Assembly (NCBI GenBank): GCA_000320545.1
Contig: ADNK01000344.1
Coordinates: 4,126 to 68,125, forward strand
Reading direction: 5' to 3'
Source: Bigelowiella natans CCMP2755
Taxonomy: Eukaryota; Protista; Cercozoa
DNA length: 64,000 nt
A program made the position numbers and the translations under genes. How positions within the stretch are numbered: position 1 is the stretch's first letter; each line of letters starts with the position of its first letter. This document shows, piece by piece, positions 13,874 through 26,384 of the stretch. The notes below the pieces were generated by a model, which was not told the origin of the DNA, did no database searches, and worked only from the letters and a program-made list of their open reading frames with translations.

Positions 13874-15095
13874 CAACTCAAACGTAAATCGTAAATTAAT
13901 CGAGTTTGTTTTTTACGCTAATAAAGAAAGTGCCAACAGTAACATAGTGACTTTAGTATTTATTATTATCGTATGTAAACTAGACATCAAATAACCTGGG
14001 ATCTCGAAACGCAGAAAGAAGCATATGTACCTATGAGGAGGTGGAGGAGGAGGAGGATGAGCGCGGATGTTATCAATATACATATGCATAATGCGGACAA
14101 GCGTATTATTTAATTCTAAAATGGGAAAATCGTATTGGCCCACAACCCATCATTATCATCATCATCATCGTCATCGTTTTCATAGCATGCCCTCCTCCAC
14201 CCCCCTCCGGATTCTTTACCTACAACACTTCAGAAGTATGGGTTGTAGGAACTTTGTGTAATATTTATTGGAAAAATGGGATTTTGTGCATGTGTGACTT
14301 TTCCCAAACTACGACGTGCCAGCATCACTGCAGCAGCATCATTATGATCGATCTCATAACAAACACATTGTCGTCATCATGCAGTAGTCATCATTATGAT
14401 CGATCTCATAACAAACACATTGTCGTCATCATGCAGTAGTCATCATTATGATCGATCTCATAACAAACACATTGTCGTCATCATGCAGTAGTCATCATCA
14501 TCATTGCCTTGGTGTCGTTCCTAATGTGGGCATCATCCTTTGGCGGATATGGACGATTAGTAGTAGTATGATCTCCAGCAGTTTGTTCAATGGGGTCAAT
14601 AACCTGGAATATCAAGATAGAAGGATCATGGGAAAGATGGCAGAGGGCGGAGCGTGAAAGCAAGAAAAACATTACAAACGAACTGCTGAATCATGGTGAC
14701 GCCACCACCACCATTTTCATCACCATCAGTAATACCAAACATCAGAACTTGCAACCATGTTGTAGTACCTTTCCATTGACCATAGACTTTCTCCCATTCT
14801 TGACACCACACATCTCGCATTGGCAGGTGTCAAAAGCTGCTGCTTCACCGGTTGGAGTCAAAATTAGCAAGCTTCCGATGAAAATTGTAGCGATAACACG
14901 ATGGACAGGAGAACACGCAAATAAACTAGGAATTGTGAGCCAGCGCTGTGTTTTTGGACATGACTTTTGCTGCTGCTGCTGTTGGCGATTGTGGTGACGC
15001 AGAAGCATCTTTCGCCGTCTCTGCGGCCGATTCACTCCCCCATCTCTCCCTTCAAAGGTCTCTACTGCGCACGCGCACTTCAGAGGAGGGGACAT
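8589..15095 (-). CDS. GT60-family UDP-GlcNAc:polypeptide/hydroxyproline GlcNAc-transferase (Gnt1-like), membrane anchored, about 18 exons
   Basis: Exons: MLLSAFRDPR|CGQTVANSFLR|ARHPERIYVGIVQQN, SKGPIWAR, EFCMQ|VDAH (DxH), FTWAAGWSFAKCH..VPNDP, MFDGEEFSRMIRLWTHGYD|VYTP..VVFHDY, YGLGTQRSIDQY. N-terminal hydrophobic segment at ~14860-14900; C-terminal TM ALFLVTMSIFLIVWCVY; stop at 8589. Confidence 0.88.
14336..14496. repeat. Three tandem copies of a ~54-bp unit in an intron
   Basis: catcattatgatcgatctcataacaaacacattgtcgtcatcatgcagtagt repeated three times. Confidence 0.85.
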
Positions 15096-15202
15096 GTACT
15101 TTTTTTCCAAGGACTGCTCGTAGTGCTGTTCTAAGGCGCCCCCCCACTGAGAAATGTTTAGTTGATAGGAGAGTTATGCAACAGAGAGACAGGCAGACAG
15201 AG

Positions 15203-15246
<44 letters not shown>

Positions 15247-15643
15247 ATTCATGGATATCAATCGTATGATATCCACACTTTCGCAATATCCGTTATGAGG
15301 CATTAAATTTACCAACATAAAAGCTTCAAACCTAAAAAACAGACGCCTCAAACCTAAAAATAAAAAGAAAAAAGTTTATTAACTACAAGTCAAAAATTTT
15401 GCTATGTTCTGCCATACAATTTTTGACTTTCGCAATGTCCGTTATGAGACAACATCCACTATGAAAATCACTTCGGTGTAACAACATAGCTGGGAAGTCA
15501 AGGGCGCGAACAGAATAACTAAGAACTAAGAACTAAGAACTAACAACATAGCTGGGAAGTCAAGGGCGCGAAAAGAATAACTAGATCTAACTAACTAACT
15601 AACTAACTAAGGCAAGATCCAATATGAAAATGACTTTAAATCG

Positions 15644-17830
15644 ATGTCATCGTGCATGTCGTCGATAGGAAATACAGGACGTACGTAGGAAACTGCAGCA
15701 GTGGTAGTAGGTAGTAATGGCAGGAAAAGGAAGCACCACGGTATGATGAGAGTATCGGCTGTCGTTCATGGTGGTGGCCAGTTAATTGCTCATAGTGGTA
15801 GCAGTAGCTGCTAGGTTTAGCAGGAGGAGGAATATCGCTATTGGAACGACATCTTGAACCTTAGCATTGTCATCATCATAATTGTGATTATAATAATTGT
15901 CATCTCATAATAAACTTTCTCTTGAAAAACATGTAACAGAACAGAACAACGGAACGTCGAGAATATAATGGTAGTAGCTGAACGCCTTTGGCAACGGCTT
16001 GATCGATTCAGGTGATCTCTCAAATTGACCAAGGAAATTAACTCCACTGAAGTATTATTACTGTAATGGCAGAAAAATAGATGCGAAGACCTTTGGCCAG
16101 GCAAATTGGCAAAAGAAGCACACGATCAAAAGCACCGAGCACATGGAGCAAGTATATAAATGCACTGCGGACGGCATAAATGCGACAGCTTAGTATACAA
16201 CAGCGTTTTGTGAATTACAGTTCCTTCGGGAGGTTTCGGGGGAGGAACTTGCAAGAGATTTCAGGCTCACAGCGAGTAGGAATCCAATGGAGGTAAACTC
16301 CTCTTACACACGCAGCATTGCATGATGATAACTGTGAAATCATCATTTCTTGGGGCACGCTGTAGCAGCCAACCGTGTCCAGTTAACCGTGAACGTATGA
16401 TCTTACAAAAAGATATTAAACTTGAATGTAATCGTTTTCACCCAACCTTTATCGCATTATCGATAGATTCGTGTAACCCCTTACATTCTATCTCTTATCG
16501 ATTGGGAAGGTGGTTACTAGTATAACTTACACCGTATGTATGTAGTGAATTCTCCCAGATTATTATACTGAGGGAAATATCATTTATGACACCATTCTGA
16601 TTTCTTCTAAGACCAGTCAGTGTTGAAAAGTAGTAGTATTCGTGGTAGTTATAGTGGTAGCGCTATACATCACTACACGCACACATTCATGTTTCTTCCT
16701 AAGTCAATTAACTAGACATAATGTTCGTACATCAAAATATTTCACACCATGTATGAACCGTACATGGACGAATTGATCACTTCTCACTAAAATAATACAA
16801 AAAAAAAATGTTATATGAAGAAAGAAAAGTTTGGAAGGACCCCTTGCGAAAGCAATTTATTCCTTTATATTCAGAGGTAGAATTTGAGGATAGATAGAGA
16901 TATAAGACACCATGAAGCATTAGATTATAGTGATGAATCACTGCTTCCTTAATTTTTCAACTAGTCATTATCGTGTATTATGTATGTTATCGAATTGTGT
17001 TGTTCATTATATAAGTTGCACCCACCTTGATCGTCATAGGAAGCCACAACTATAGAATTATTAAGCCATTGTCATGTTTTGTAGTGTTTTTGACATTAAT
17101 TGGTTGGTTGTTAATTGAAATAGTGCATTTCAGACCATCTTCTAGCGAGGTTTGATTCTCTTGGTGAATTAGAAGGAAGGGGAAAGGTAACAGGAGCAAC
17201 AACAACAGCAGACGAGGAGATGGTGAAGAATGCATGCCAAAGAGGAAATAATAGCAAACTAGATAATGATGGTTTTAGTACTGGTACTCTTCCATCATGT
17301 ATCGTGCATAGATACCCAAACAAGGTAGTAGTAATAATAGAGAAAAAGGAAACGAGGACTTCTGCGGTGTAAAACAACATGATCCTTTATATAGCAGCTG
17401 CATGATTTACTACTAGGTTAGTTTAGCTATTATTTTGAGCCTCCTCCTGCTGCTGCATTGTCATCATTCATGGTGAAGGATAGAGGAAGGGATTTGCCTC
17501 TTTTCCTCCTGTTTGCCGGCTACCTTTGTCAACAAGACTTTTCATCATGATTGTGTAATTATTTATACCTTGACAAATCAATGATAAATAACACCTAATT
17601 TTTCAATTATTTATCAAGGTTTTATTTCTCGCCTCTAGCGTATGTCCAGGTTAGCGGCGACTATTCACCAAAACCTGTGCATACAACGATGTGACAGCCC
17701 ACATTTCTCTCTTTCTTTCTTTCTTTCTCCAATAATTTGCTTAATGTATGCTGCAATAAAGTTTAAAGCGACCTGAGTGTTACTATGAAGTATCTTCTCA
17801 GCAGCATCAATCTTATCATCATCATCGTAC

Positions 17831-17865
<35 letters not shown>

Positions 17866-18049
17866 CCGCATACCATACTGCTGTATCAGTATACTGTCGT
17901 TTTTGCACAAGATCTTATGCTATTGGAGGCAATACGGTATTATCGACTCTGTTGTTGGATTTATAGGAGGCGAACATTAATTAATATTTTACTTAATACA
18001 CGGAAGAAAATGGAGAAGAACAACTCTGTCTACACACACACACACACAC

Positions 18050-18132
<83 letters not shown>

Positions 18133-18608
18133 TGTATGTGTGTGTGCGTGTATATATTGTTAAATGATATGTAAGTTATTATATATGAAGGAGGAGAATC
18201 ATACACACACAGTAGACTAGATTTTCTTTCTTGTTGACAAAAAGCGCATTATTATTAAGTCACATGCTCGTTGCCAGTATATGCTTCTGACACTACTGCA
18301 AGAAGAGGAAATTATCATTTTGAAGTGAGATTATGCTGATAATGCTCCTATTATTTAAACATAAAGCCAGTGGTCAAGAAAAAGAAAATCACAGGTAATC
18401 GCTGCTATCATTATCATCATCATCATCGTCGTCGTCGTCGTCGTTGTTACCCCCCCCCTTTTCCTCCTGTTATCTTTCTTCTCTATTTCAGCAATAAGAG
18501 TAGAAATTCTGAACTGTGGTGTTATTATTGTTTTTCTTACATAAAGCAGCAATGGTTCCAAAGTTATGGAAGCAAGGATTCGAATACATTCGTCAAAATT
18601 CAGGAATT

Positions 18609-18650
<42 letters not shown>

Positions 18651-19294
18651 CAGTGGTAAGTAGTAGCTGTGTTAGAAATTCTTACAACAGCTGTCCATAC
18701 AGGTGATTTCCTACTTAATTGTCGTGATTATTGTTGTCACCATCATCGTTTTCTCTCATGTTGTATGTACTGCTGCTTTTGTCTCTCTTCTACGTATTTA
18801 TCCCTCTTTATTAGTACTACACAACAATTGTAGTCAATATTCCCACTTAATATCACCATCGTCGTCGTTATCGATTGTACTTACTTGGGAAATTGGTGAT
18901 TAGTAGATATGCTGTATATTCTCATAATCTCTGACGACGTAACAATTTTCTCTCCGCTACTCAGCGTTGTAGTGTGTAATATATTACGTACTTATTGATA
19001 TGAATGCTATTTGCCATCAGAGATGTAGTGGTCAGTGGAGGAGATGTATTCCAGTTGACACCTTCAATGTTATTCTTGTAATATTTACAATTCCTACTAC
19101 TACTAATAATAATAATAATAACATTTACTACTACTGCTACATATAGCAGCTGAGAAGGCAGCATAAGATCACTAGCTGCCAGCACAATGCTTATTCCAAA
19201 TAAGTAGTTGTTTAAAAAGAATGGATATATCATGTAGCTTATCTTCTCCTTCATCCCGATTTATCATGAGAATACCCAACACACGCACAATACA

Positions 19295-19328
<34 letters not shown>

Positions 19329-19906
19329 GCATTGGCGAAAACCTTCTAAATATTCATCATGTGCGCCGATTACGCTTTGCGACAAAGGGCTTAAGCGTAT
19401 TGCCGATGAAGGTGTATTGTTGTGATGATAAGAATAAATAGTAACAATAATAATGATCCATCATCACATGTATTCAGGAAGAGAGTACATCAATAATAAT
19501 AAAGGATAAGGATGTAAATTAGAATAGTAACTTGTAGTATCTTTGCGGATGATTATTCTGGTCATGTTAGATGATAATATTGATGATGATGATGGTTATC
19601 ATAGATTACAACTACGCATTATTATCATCATTCATCATCATTCATCATCATTCATCATCATTCATCATCATTCATCATCATCATCATCATCATCATCATC
19701 TCGCAGATTACTTCGGACCATTTATGGATGGAATCTTTTGGAAAAATTGTTTGCAAAGCACAGAAACTAGGAAAGCATGTTTGTGTGCACACACATATCA
19801 ATCACGCTAACGAGATAAGCAGCGATTTTACATATCGAGCAATGGAAATGATCCAAGATCTTGGTTGTTTAATGAATAGATTATAATTTTATCATTACTA
19901 CCTCTA

Positions 19907-19938
<32 letters not shown>

Positions 19939-20382
19939 CTGTGAGTGAATGACTAGCTGAACAACTGACTGATAGATAGATAATAGATATCGGGAATAAT
20001 ACTACTACTATTACTACCTATTAGGTGTGGTAGTGAGGAATCAAACTGTGCTACTAAATGGTGTCAATGATCATCCAAATCGTATGCTAGATCTTCAGGA
20101 GTCGTTAGGTAATATTTATTGTATTTATCACCACACTTTCACTAGTTGTAAGTTGTTGTATAAGAACTTGGAACAGAAGGTGATGATGATGATCTAAAAA
20201 GAAAGAAATGTATGTTGTTTACGTGATCAACTAACTGTTTTTGCTAAGTCGTTCGTGTCTATTGCTTCTTTTCATGATGGCCAAAACATAAAGGAGAGAT
20301 AGGAATTGAGCCGTACTATGTATATCTAGGAGATATGATTCCAGGGGTGGGTACATATCATCATTTATCGTGATCATATTTT

Positions 20383-20415
<33 letters not shown>

Positions 20416-20919
20416 TACTTATATAGTAGCAGCAGCAGCAAAGTTTTCTAAGCTTTGTTTAATAAATCATCATCATCATCATTACATGCTTGCTGTGTAT
20501 AAGGAGTTGACGATATATATACCATACCATACATATGCGTGATGTGATGGTGATGCTGATAATTGTACTTCTTATATATCTAGAGCGAGAATTTGAGAAC
20601 TTCATTACAAAAGTTACTACTATTAGAGAAAGAAACAAGAGGTACTACTACTACTACGATTACTGCTACTACTACTACTGCTACTACTACTACTGCTACT
20701 ACTACTATTTCCACAACTATTGCTAAACCCTTAATTCATTTTGCGACGAGAAGTGAGTTTGCTGAAAAGGAAAAAATGATTTAATGAAAGTGTAAGTAAT
20801 TATTTACAATTTTGAGAATTATTTATTCTAGTGATAAACAATAGGAGCTACAGCTGGATTTTTAACTCCACAATACGTGACCGATCTCCCCCGTATTAAT
20901 CCTACTACTTCTTCTATTT

Positions 20920-20953
<34 letters not shown>

Positions 20954-21568
20954 AAGTCTCAAAGACTAATGCTCTCTCTTCTACGAATGAAGAAGAAGAG
21001 GATGATGATGATGATGATAATGATGATAATAACCCTAATAACAGTAAAACCACATTGAAATAATACTGCTACCGCATTGCTTACTACAAGATGGGGGTGG
21101 CAAAAGATTAGCACATTCGTACGAGTTCTATGATAGAAAGACGGGGATTAGTGTGTACTCTTCTCCAAAGGTACATAGAAAATGATGATGATGATGGTGA
21201 TGATGATGAAGATGTATACTATGATGCCAGAGCTACTACTGTGACGAGATCGACATATAGTAGTTCTATTATAGAAAAGTCTAGAGACAAAGATGTAGCA
21301 ATAGATACAACATCATAAATAACACAACAGCAGCTTTTAAGAAACAAACTACTCCTCGTGTAAATTCCATGTTTTTCATCACGACAAAACATAGGTATGT
21401 AGAGAGAAATTTTTCATATATTGCGATCCAATCCACACTTTACAATGTGAAGACGCTCAAAGAGCCTGGCAGCATCACTGCCCTCAATCTCAGAACCGCA
21501 TGCTCGAAAATGCTCGTGCTGCTGCTGCTGCTGCTGCTGCTGCTGCATCTGAATTTCATCAAATATGA
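15644..21568 (+). CDS. L-lysine 2,3-aminomutase-like (KamA family) radical SAM/PLP enzyme, about 20 exons; start approximate
   Basis: Exons: IRVTPYILSLIDWE, DPLRKQFIP, IVHRYPNK|VLFLASSVCP|VYCRFCTRSY (CxxxCxxC split by an intron at ~17650/17890), DVVVSGGD, RRLRFATKG, HTHINHANEI, VRNQTVLLNGVND, IEPYYVY, GGGKR (PLP lysine motif). Stop TGA at 21566-21568. Confidence 0.9.
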
Positions 21569-21849
21569 GAGTCAATTCTACTGCACCGTGGACGACCGAT
21601 AATTGTGGTAAATCGAGCAATTCTACATCTTTTTGCCAAGAAGTAGATAATAAGTTTAACAAGATGGAAAGTGAAGTCCAGCAAATTGCAATTAGTTTGA
21701 TGATTAGATAACATGATTTGATGATTAGATAACATTAGACTGGTGCGTTCAATATCCAACAAAATACACCACAATATTAGATACTATTAACATATTCTGC
21801 TATGTTATCAATGTAGTAGCGCAATGTTGTGTCTATAGTTACTACACAG

Positions 21850-22380
21850 TCGCTCTAGCAGACGACAGCAGACTGTGTCTCTATCAGACTCCCGTGTCTG
21901 TCATCATCGTGAAGTAGATGATTTGAGTGTGTGTCAGAGTATTCTAGCAGGTTGCAGCTTTGTTCATTCCAATCACTGATCGTACGTGAATTTGAAACAC
22001 CAGACACGCGCACATGATGTAGTGTGAGACAGCAGGTAATGGCATGAACGAATTGCATTCAGTCAATGCTAGAATGGTCATCCTGAGGCAGCTTTGCAAA
22101 GCGGTGGCTACAGCGCTCAAATTGTGCTAGCATCTTGGCATGTATTACGTTCCATGTCACGTTAGTGAAGGTGTCAATGCCGTTGTCGTTGCTGCTCCGC
22201 CTGCAAGTGCACACTCTGTACGCTTGTTTTCCTTCATTCATCTTTCAGTGTCGTACGTCATTGCTGCATGTTCATTATTGCAGTGCATCGTGTGTCGCTG
22301 GATGTCTAGATGTGCGCATGTTCATAGGAGTGCATCTGTTCAACGGCTGTTGCTCCTTGCCTTTCTGTCCCCCCCCCCCC

Positions 22381-22446
<66 letters not shown>

Positions 22447-22900
22447 CATTCTAGCATTGTCTTGTTGTCCCTAGGAACTACATCTGTGAGACGGATGTAA
22501 TTAATCAATGAAATTTGTTCAATGGTCATCCCCATGTAGCACATCTGTCTGCTAGCTGCTCCATTGTTTATTGAACTCGATTTGAAATGGTGGCCCCATG
22601 CAACGCTGACCCTGATGAAGCTCATGTAACATCAAGACCATGCTAGCATGTGTCTGTTTACATGGAATAATTGGAGTAGAATATATAAGAACATCCATTC
22701 ATATCGTCTCGCAACGGCTTCATGCTTGACCTATGTGCAGGCATGAAAGCTACGCACACAACATCAGCTATACTAGTATAGCTATTTGTGAACAAGCCAA
22801 AAATTGTAGTTAAAATAGCCGCCATTATATTTTGCGTCCATGCTGTCCACAATTTGCATGTAAACGGCAATGATCATGCAATGTAATATGCTACACAAAG
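21850..22900. other. TpA-depleted intergenic spacer (weaker than the others)
   Basis: Excess TGCA/CATG and several CTAG, with far fewer TA than the flanking introns. Lies between convergent gene ends. Confidence 0.55.
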
Positions 22901-24329
22901 ACGCTTAGGTGCAGGGATTGCTTAGAATTGCACGTGAAAATTCTCAAAAAGAATATTTAGGTGCATGTATAAATTTGTCAGTCCGCATCACTGTTTTTGT
23001 ATCGAGTGTAGACGCTCTGCAAGATTTGGAAGATAGGACGATAAATTGTGTTTACTCTATGCTCCTCTTTCGTGGCCTTTATGCATATAATGCTCAAGCT
23101 GGTATACATCTGGCAATCTCAAGCTAGATGCGTGCAATATCGGAAGGGACATAATCTCCTCACACAAGTACAGGATTCTAGCATCAATCAATAGCTAGTT
23201 GCGGTGTGTATGTCCATATCAATTGAAAATGAGCGTACTATAGCTTTGCGAACTACACGATGCCTTTGAAATCCGTTACTGATAATGATGAAGATCTAGT
23301 GAGAAGAAGAGGAAATGATGATGATGATGATGATGAAGATCTAGTGAGAAGAAGAGGAAATGATGATAATGAGGACGAACGACTCAAAGCAGAAAGAAAG
23401 AAAAAGTTTTACTACGAAAAATAAATCAGCATGATAAAAATAAATTATTACTGAAGATGGATTCTAAATCTACTACACACATGACGACGACGACAACGAC
23501 TATATCCGTATGATCCACTCTGATGATCGTTCACAAATTTTGTCGCAACAAACAAAAGAGCTTTCATCATTCCTACTACCTGTGCTTTTCATGAAAACTA
23601 CTATTTTATTCTTCCTTTTGTCATAATACGGGAATACAACAACAACAACAACTACTACTACTACTACCACAACTGCTACTAGCTACGTACCACTATTGTT
23701 TTCTTCTTCTCCTCCTCCTCCTCCTCCTCCTCCTTCTCTTTTATAATAGTCGTCGTTACGATTGTTGTGAGTATTATTATTAATAGTAGTAGTTGTAGTA
23801 GCTTTTACAAACGGGTCCTCTTTCTGGGGTACTAATTGAAACTCTTTCTCATTGAACCTGGAATAGTTTTAACACGGGGTGATAGAGAAGAAGGAAAGAG
23901 AGAAGAAGAAGAAGAAGAAGGAGGAGGAGGAAGAGGAGGAGGAGGAGGAAGCGAAGAATAGCTGATTATTCAGTCTGGTGAAATGTATCCATTTGCAAGA
24001 ATTGGAGAAGGAAGTATTTTGTATTCACTCTACTCCTTTATATGAATAGCCCCTACCAACAGCTTCCTGTTCCAACTATCAATTTCTATATTGTAGTAGT
24101 AGTAGTAGTCGTAGTAGTAGTGTATTTAAACTTTGATGTCCAACATTTCAAGTGATAAATATGATCCTCAAGGAGCATACATCTCAGAAGTAACTATAAT
24201 TTTCTTCCATTTATTAATTCCCAATGCTTCTTAATGACTTCCTTCTCTTCCTGCTTCTTCTGATTTTTCTTTATCTTCTTTTTTTACTAAGTACTATTGT
24301 TACCATGTTTCCATTTGAATCCGAAGACT

Positions 24330-24836
24330 AGCTATCCGATGTTGTGCCTGATCGTTGTTGATCAACCATGTTGTTTGCATTATTAGGCTCATGTTGTGAT
24401 GCTACTGCTGTTGCTTCTGCCACATAATATACCCTCCTACTGTTTTTTCAGGTCCTACTAACAATTCTTCATTTTCTTCTACTCCTCCTCCTCCTTGTTC
24501 TTCTTCTTCTTCCTCATTTCCTCTAAAGTTATGGAGGAGGTATCTCTGCTCTCACAATGTTACTGAGCTAGCTGTATTATTGGGTTATCCCCCACCCTCA
24601 TTATATCGTCTGCACGCTACTCGGTATCATATCTCCTATTTAGTCGTTCGTTCTTCTTCCCCCTACTATTATTCCTCCTATTATTCTCCCTCTTCTCATC
24701 CTCTTCCAATCTCTTTAGTTTGCTGCAAGTTCACACATCCTCTTCCAATCTCTTTAGTTTGCTGCAAGTTCACACCGTCTTAGGATCCAGAGATATGCTT
24801 GCCGGCCATTCTGCTGCAAACTTGTCCACTGTGAGA

Positions 24837-24868
<32 letters not shown>

Positions 24869-25282
24869 CAATATGTCACTACTTCTTGAGTCCTCATTGG
24901 GTTCCCGCCCACTCCCCCCCCCTCCCGTTTTCAATATTACTATTGATAGGTCGTAATTAGAGTCATTGGAGGAAGAAGCTTCTAAAAACATTTAACTACG
25001 ACGACTTCTATCATATTAGTCTCTATAAGAATATATGTTTTCATTACAAGCGAAGCAGTAAATTTTAGAATCAATTTATGTACTTTTTTGTAGTCTTACC
25101 AATATTCAGTACAGCTTTCTTTTCTGTTTTTATACCTGCAAGTGGTGGTGGTGATGATGATGATGATGATAATGATATTTGCATGAAAGTCCAAACCGTA
25201 CTACTTAAACCACTTATTCGATCACATCTAGGAATTAAAGATGACGTATATATGTATATTAATATTGCAACGACTGCTATTG

Positions 25283-25315
<33 letters not shown>

Positions 25316-25390
25316 TCTAGCGACTCGTACTCCAGATCAAATCTGCCCTGTAAAAGAACAACAATGCATTACTTTTATGTGCTGCATTAA

Positions 25391-25431
<41 letters not shown>

Positions 25432-25597
25432 GCAACATCGTCGTCGCAAAGCGATATTATAGAGCATGTTGTATTTGTTACTTGTAACTCATCTGTCAGC
25501 ATCTGTATTCGTTCGTCCCTTTCTTTGATGTCATGATCATACCTTATCATTTGTGGAGAACGACAATGGTTTTCAGACACAGATGCTCTATATTATA

Positions 25598-25634
<37 letters not shown>

Positions 25635-25741
25635 TAAACATACACAGTATTTAACATCAATGTATATCATGAATAAAATGATAAAACTGCGATCACTTTA
25701 CTCATTTAGGTGGAGAGATTGATTCAGAGCAACTCCTTCTC

Positions 25742-25786
<45 letters not shown>

Positions 25787-26326
25787 CTTTCTCCTCCTTT
25801 ACCTCAAGCGTTCTCCCCATAATCGTGTAGAAGTCGTCAAAGCAGTTGCGCCGAGAAAAAGGCCACCTATTCGCGCTCGATTCCTCTTCAAGAAACTTGA
25901 GAGACGATGGAAAAACGAGCCACTTTGCTGATCTTCATCTTCGAATTTGTTCTCATGGTAATTCTCACCTCTGCTGTGACCAGAAGGATCATCAAAATTC
26001 TTGTCGGTAAATCCATTGTCGCTCATATTACCGCCTCTTCCTGCACCTCCTCCTTCTTCTTCTCCACCACCACCACCTTTGTGAAGCTGTTCAAAACCCA
26101 CAGTAGCGTTTTTCTCTGGCAGTTGATGGACACCAGCTGCTGTTGGTGTTGTTTCTGATGATGAGGGATAATCATTCTGTTGACTGCTGCCGCTGTTGCC
26201 TCTAGTTTTTGTCTTCTTGCTGTTTCGTTTGTACTGGATACTCTTCACACCAAATGCTCTGCTGTGACTTACACCTGTTCTTCTTCCTATCACACACAGG
26301 ACGAGTCTACGGTAGGCAGCAGCCAT
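24330..26326 (-). CDS. Hypothetical protein with a mitochondrial-type presequence and one hydrophobic segment; 3' end uncertain
   Basis: First exon 26326-~25802 (MAAAYRRLVL..., Arg/Ser-rich and acid-free N-terminus; RIGGLFLGATALTT). Further exon-like pieces YDHDIKERDERIQMLTDELQ and VDKFAAEWPASISLDPKT are bounded by AG/GT. Confidence 0.55.
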
Positions 26327-26384
26327 TATTATTGCCGATTAATACATGCGACAACAATTGCACCGTTTTTAATGTTGGTCAATA

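Noticed and set aside
15527-15610. Telomere-like repeats
   Set aside because: The (AAGAACT)n/(AACT)n runs are short, internal and do not match a known telomeric unit.
17785-20784. Many 60-130 aa ORFs with homopolymeric or dipeptide runs, here and throughout the window
   Set aside because: They are translations of intronic microsatellites.
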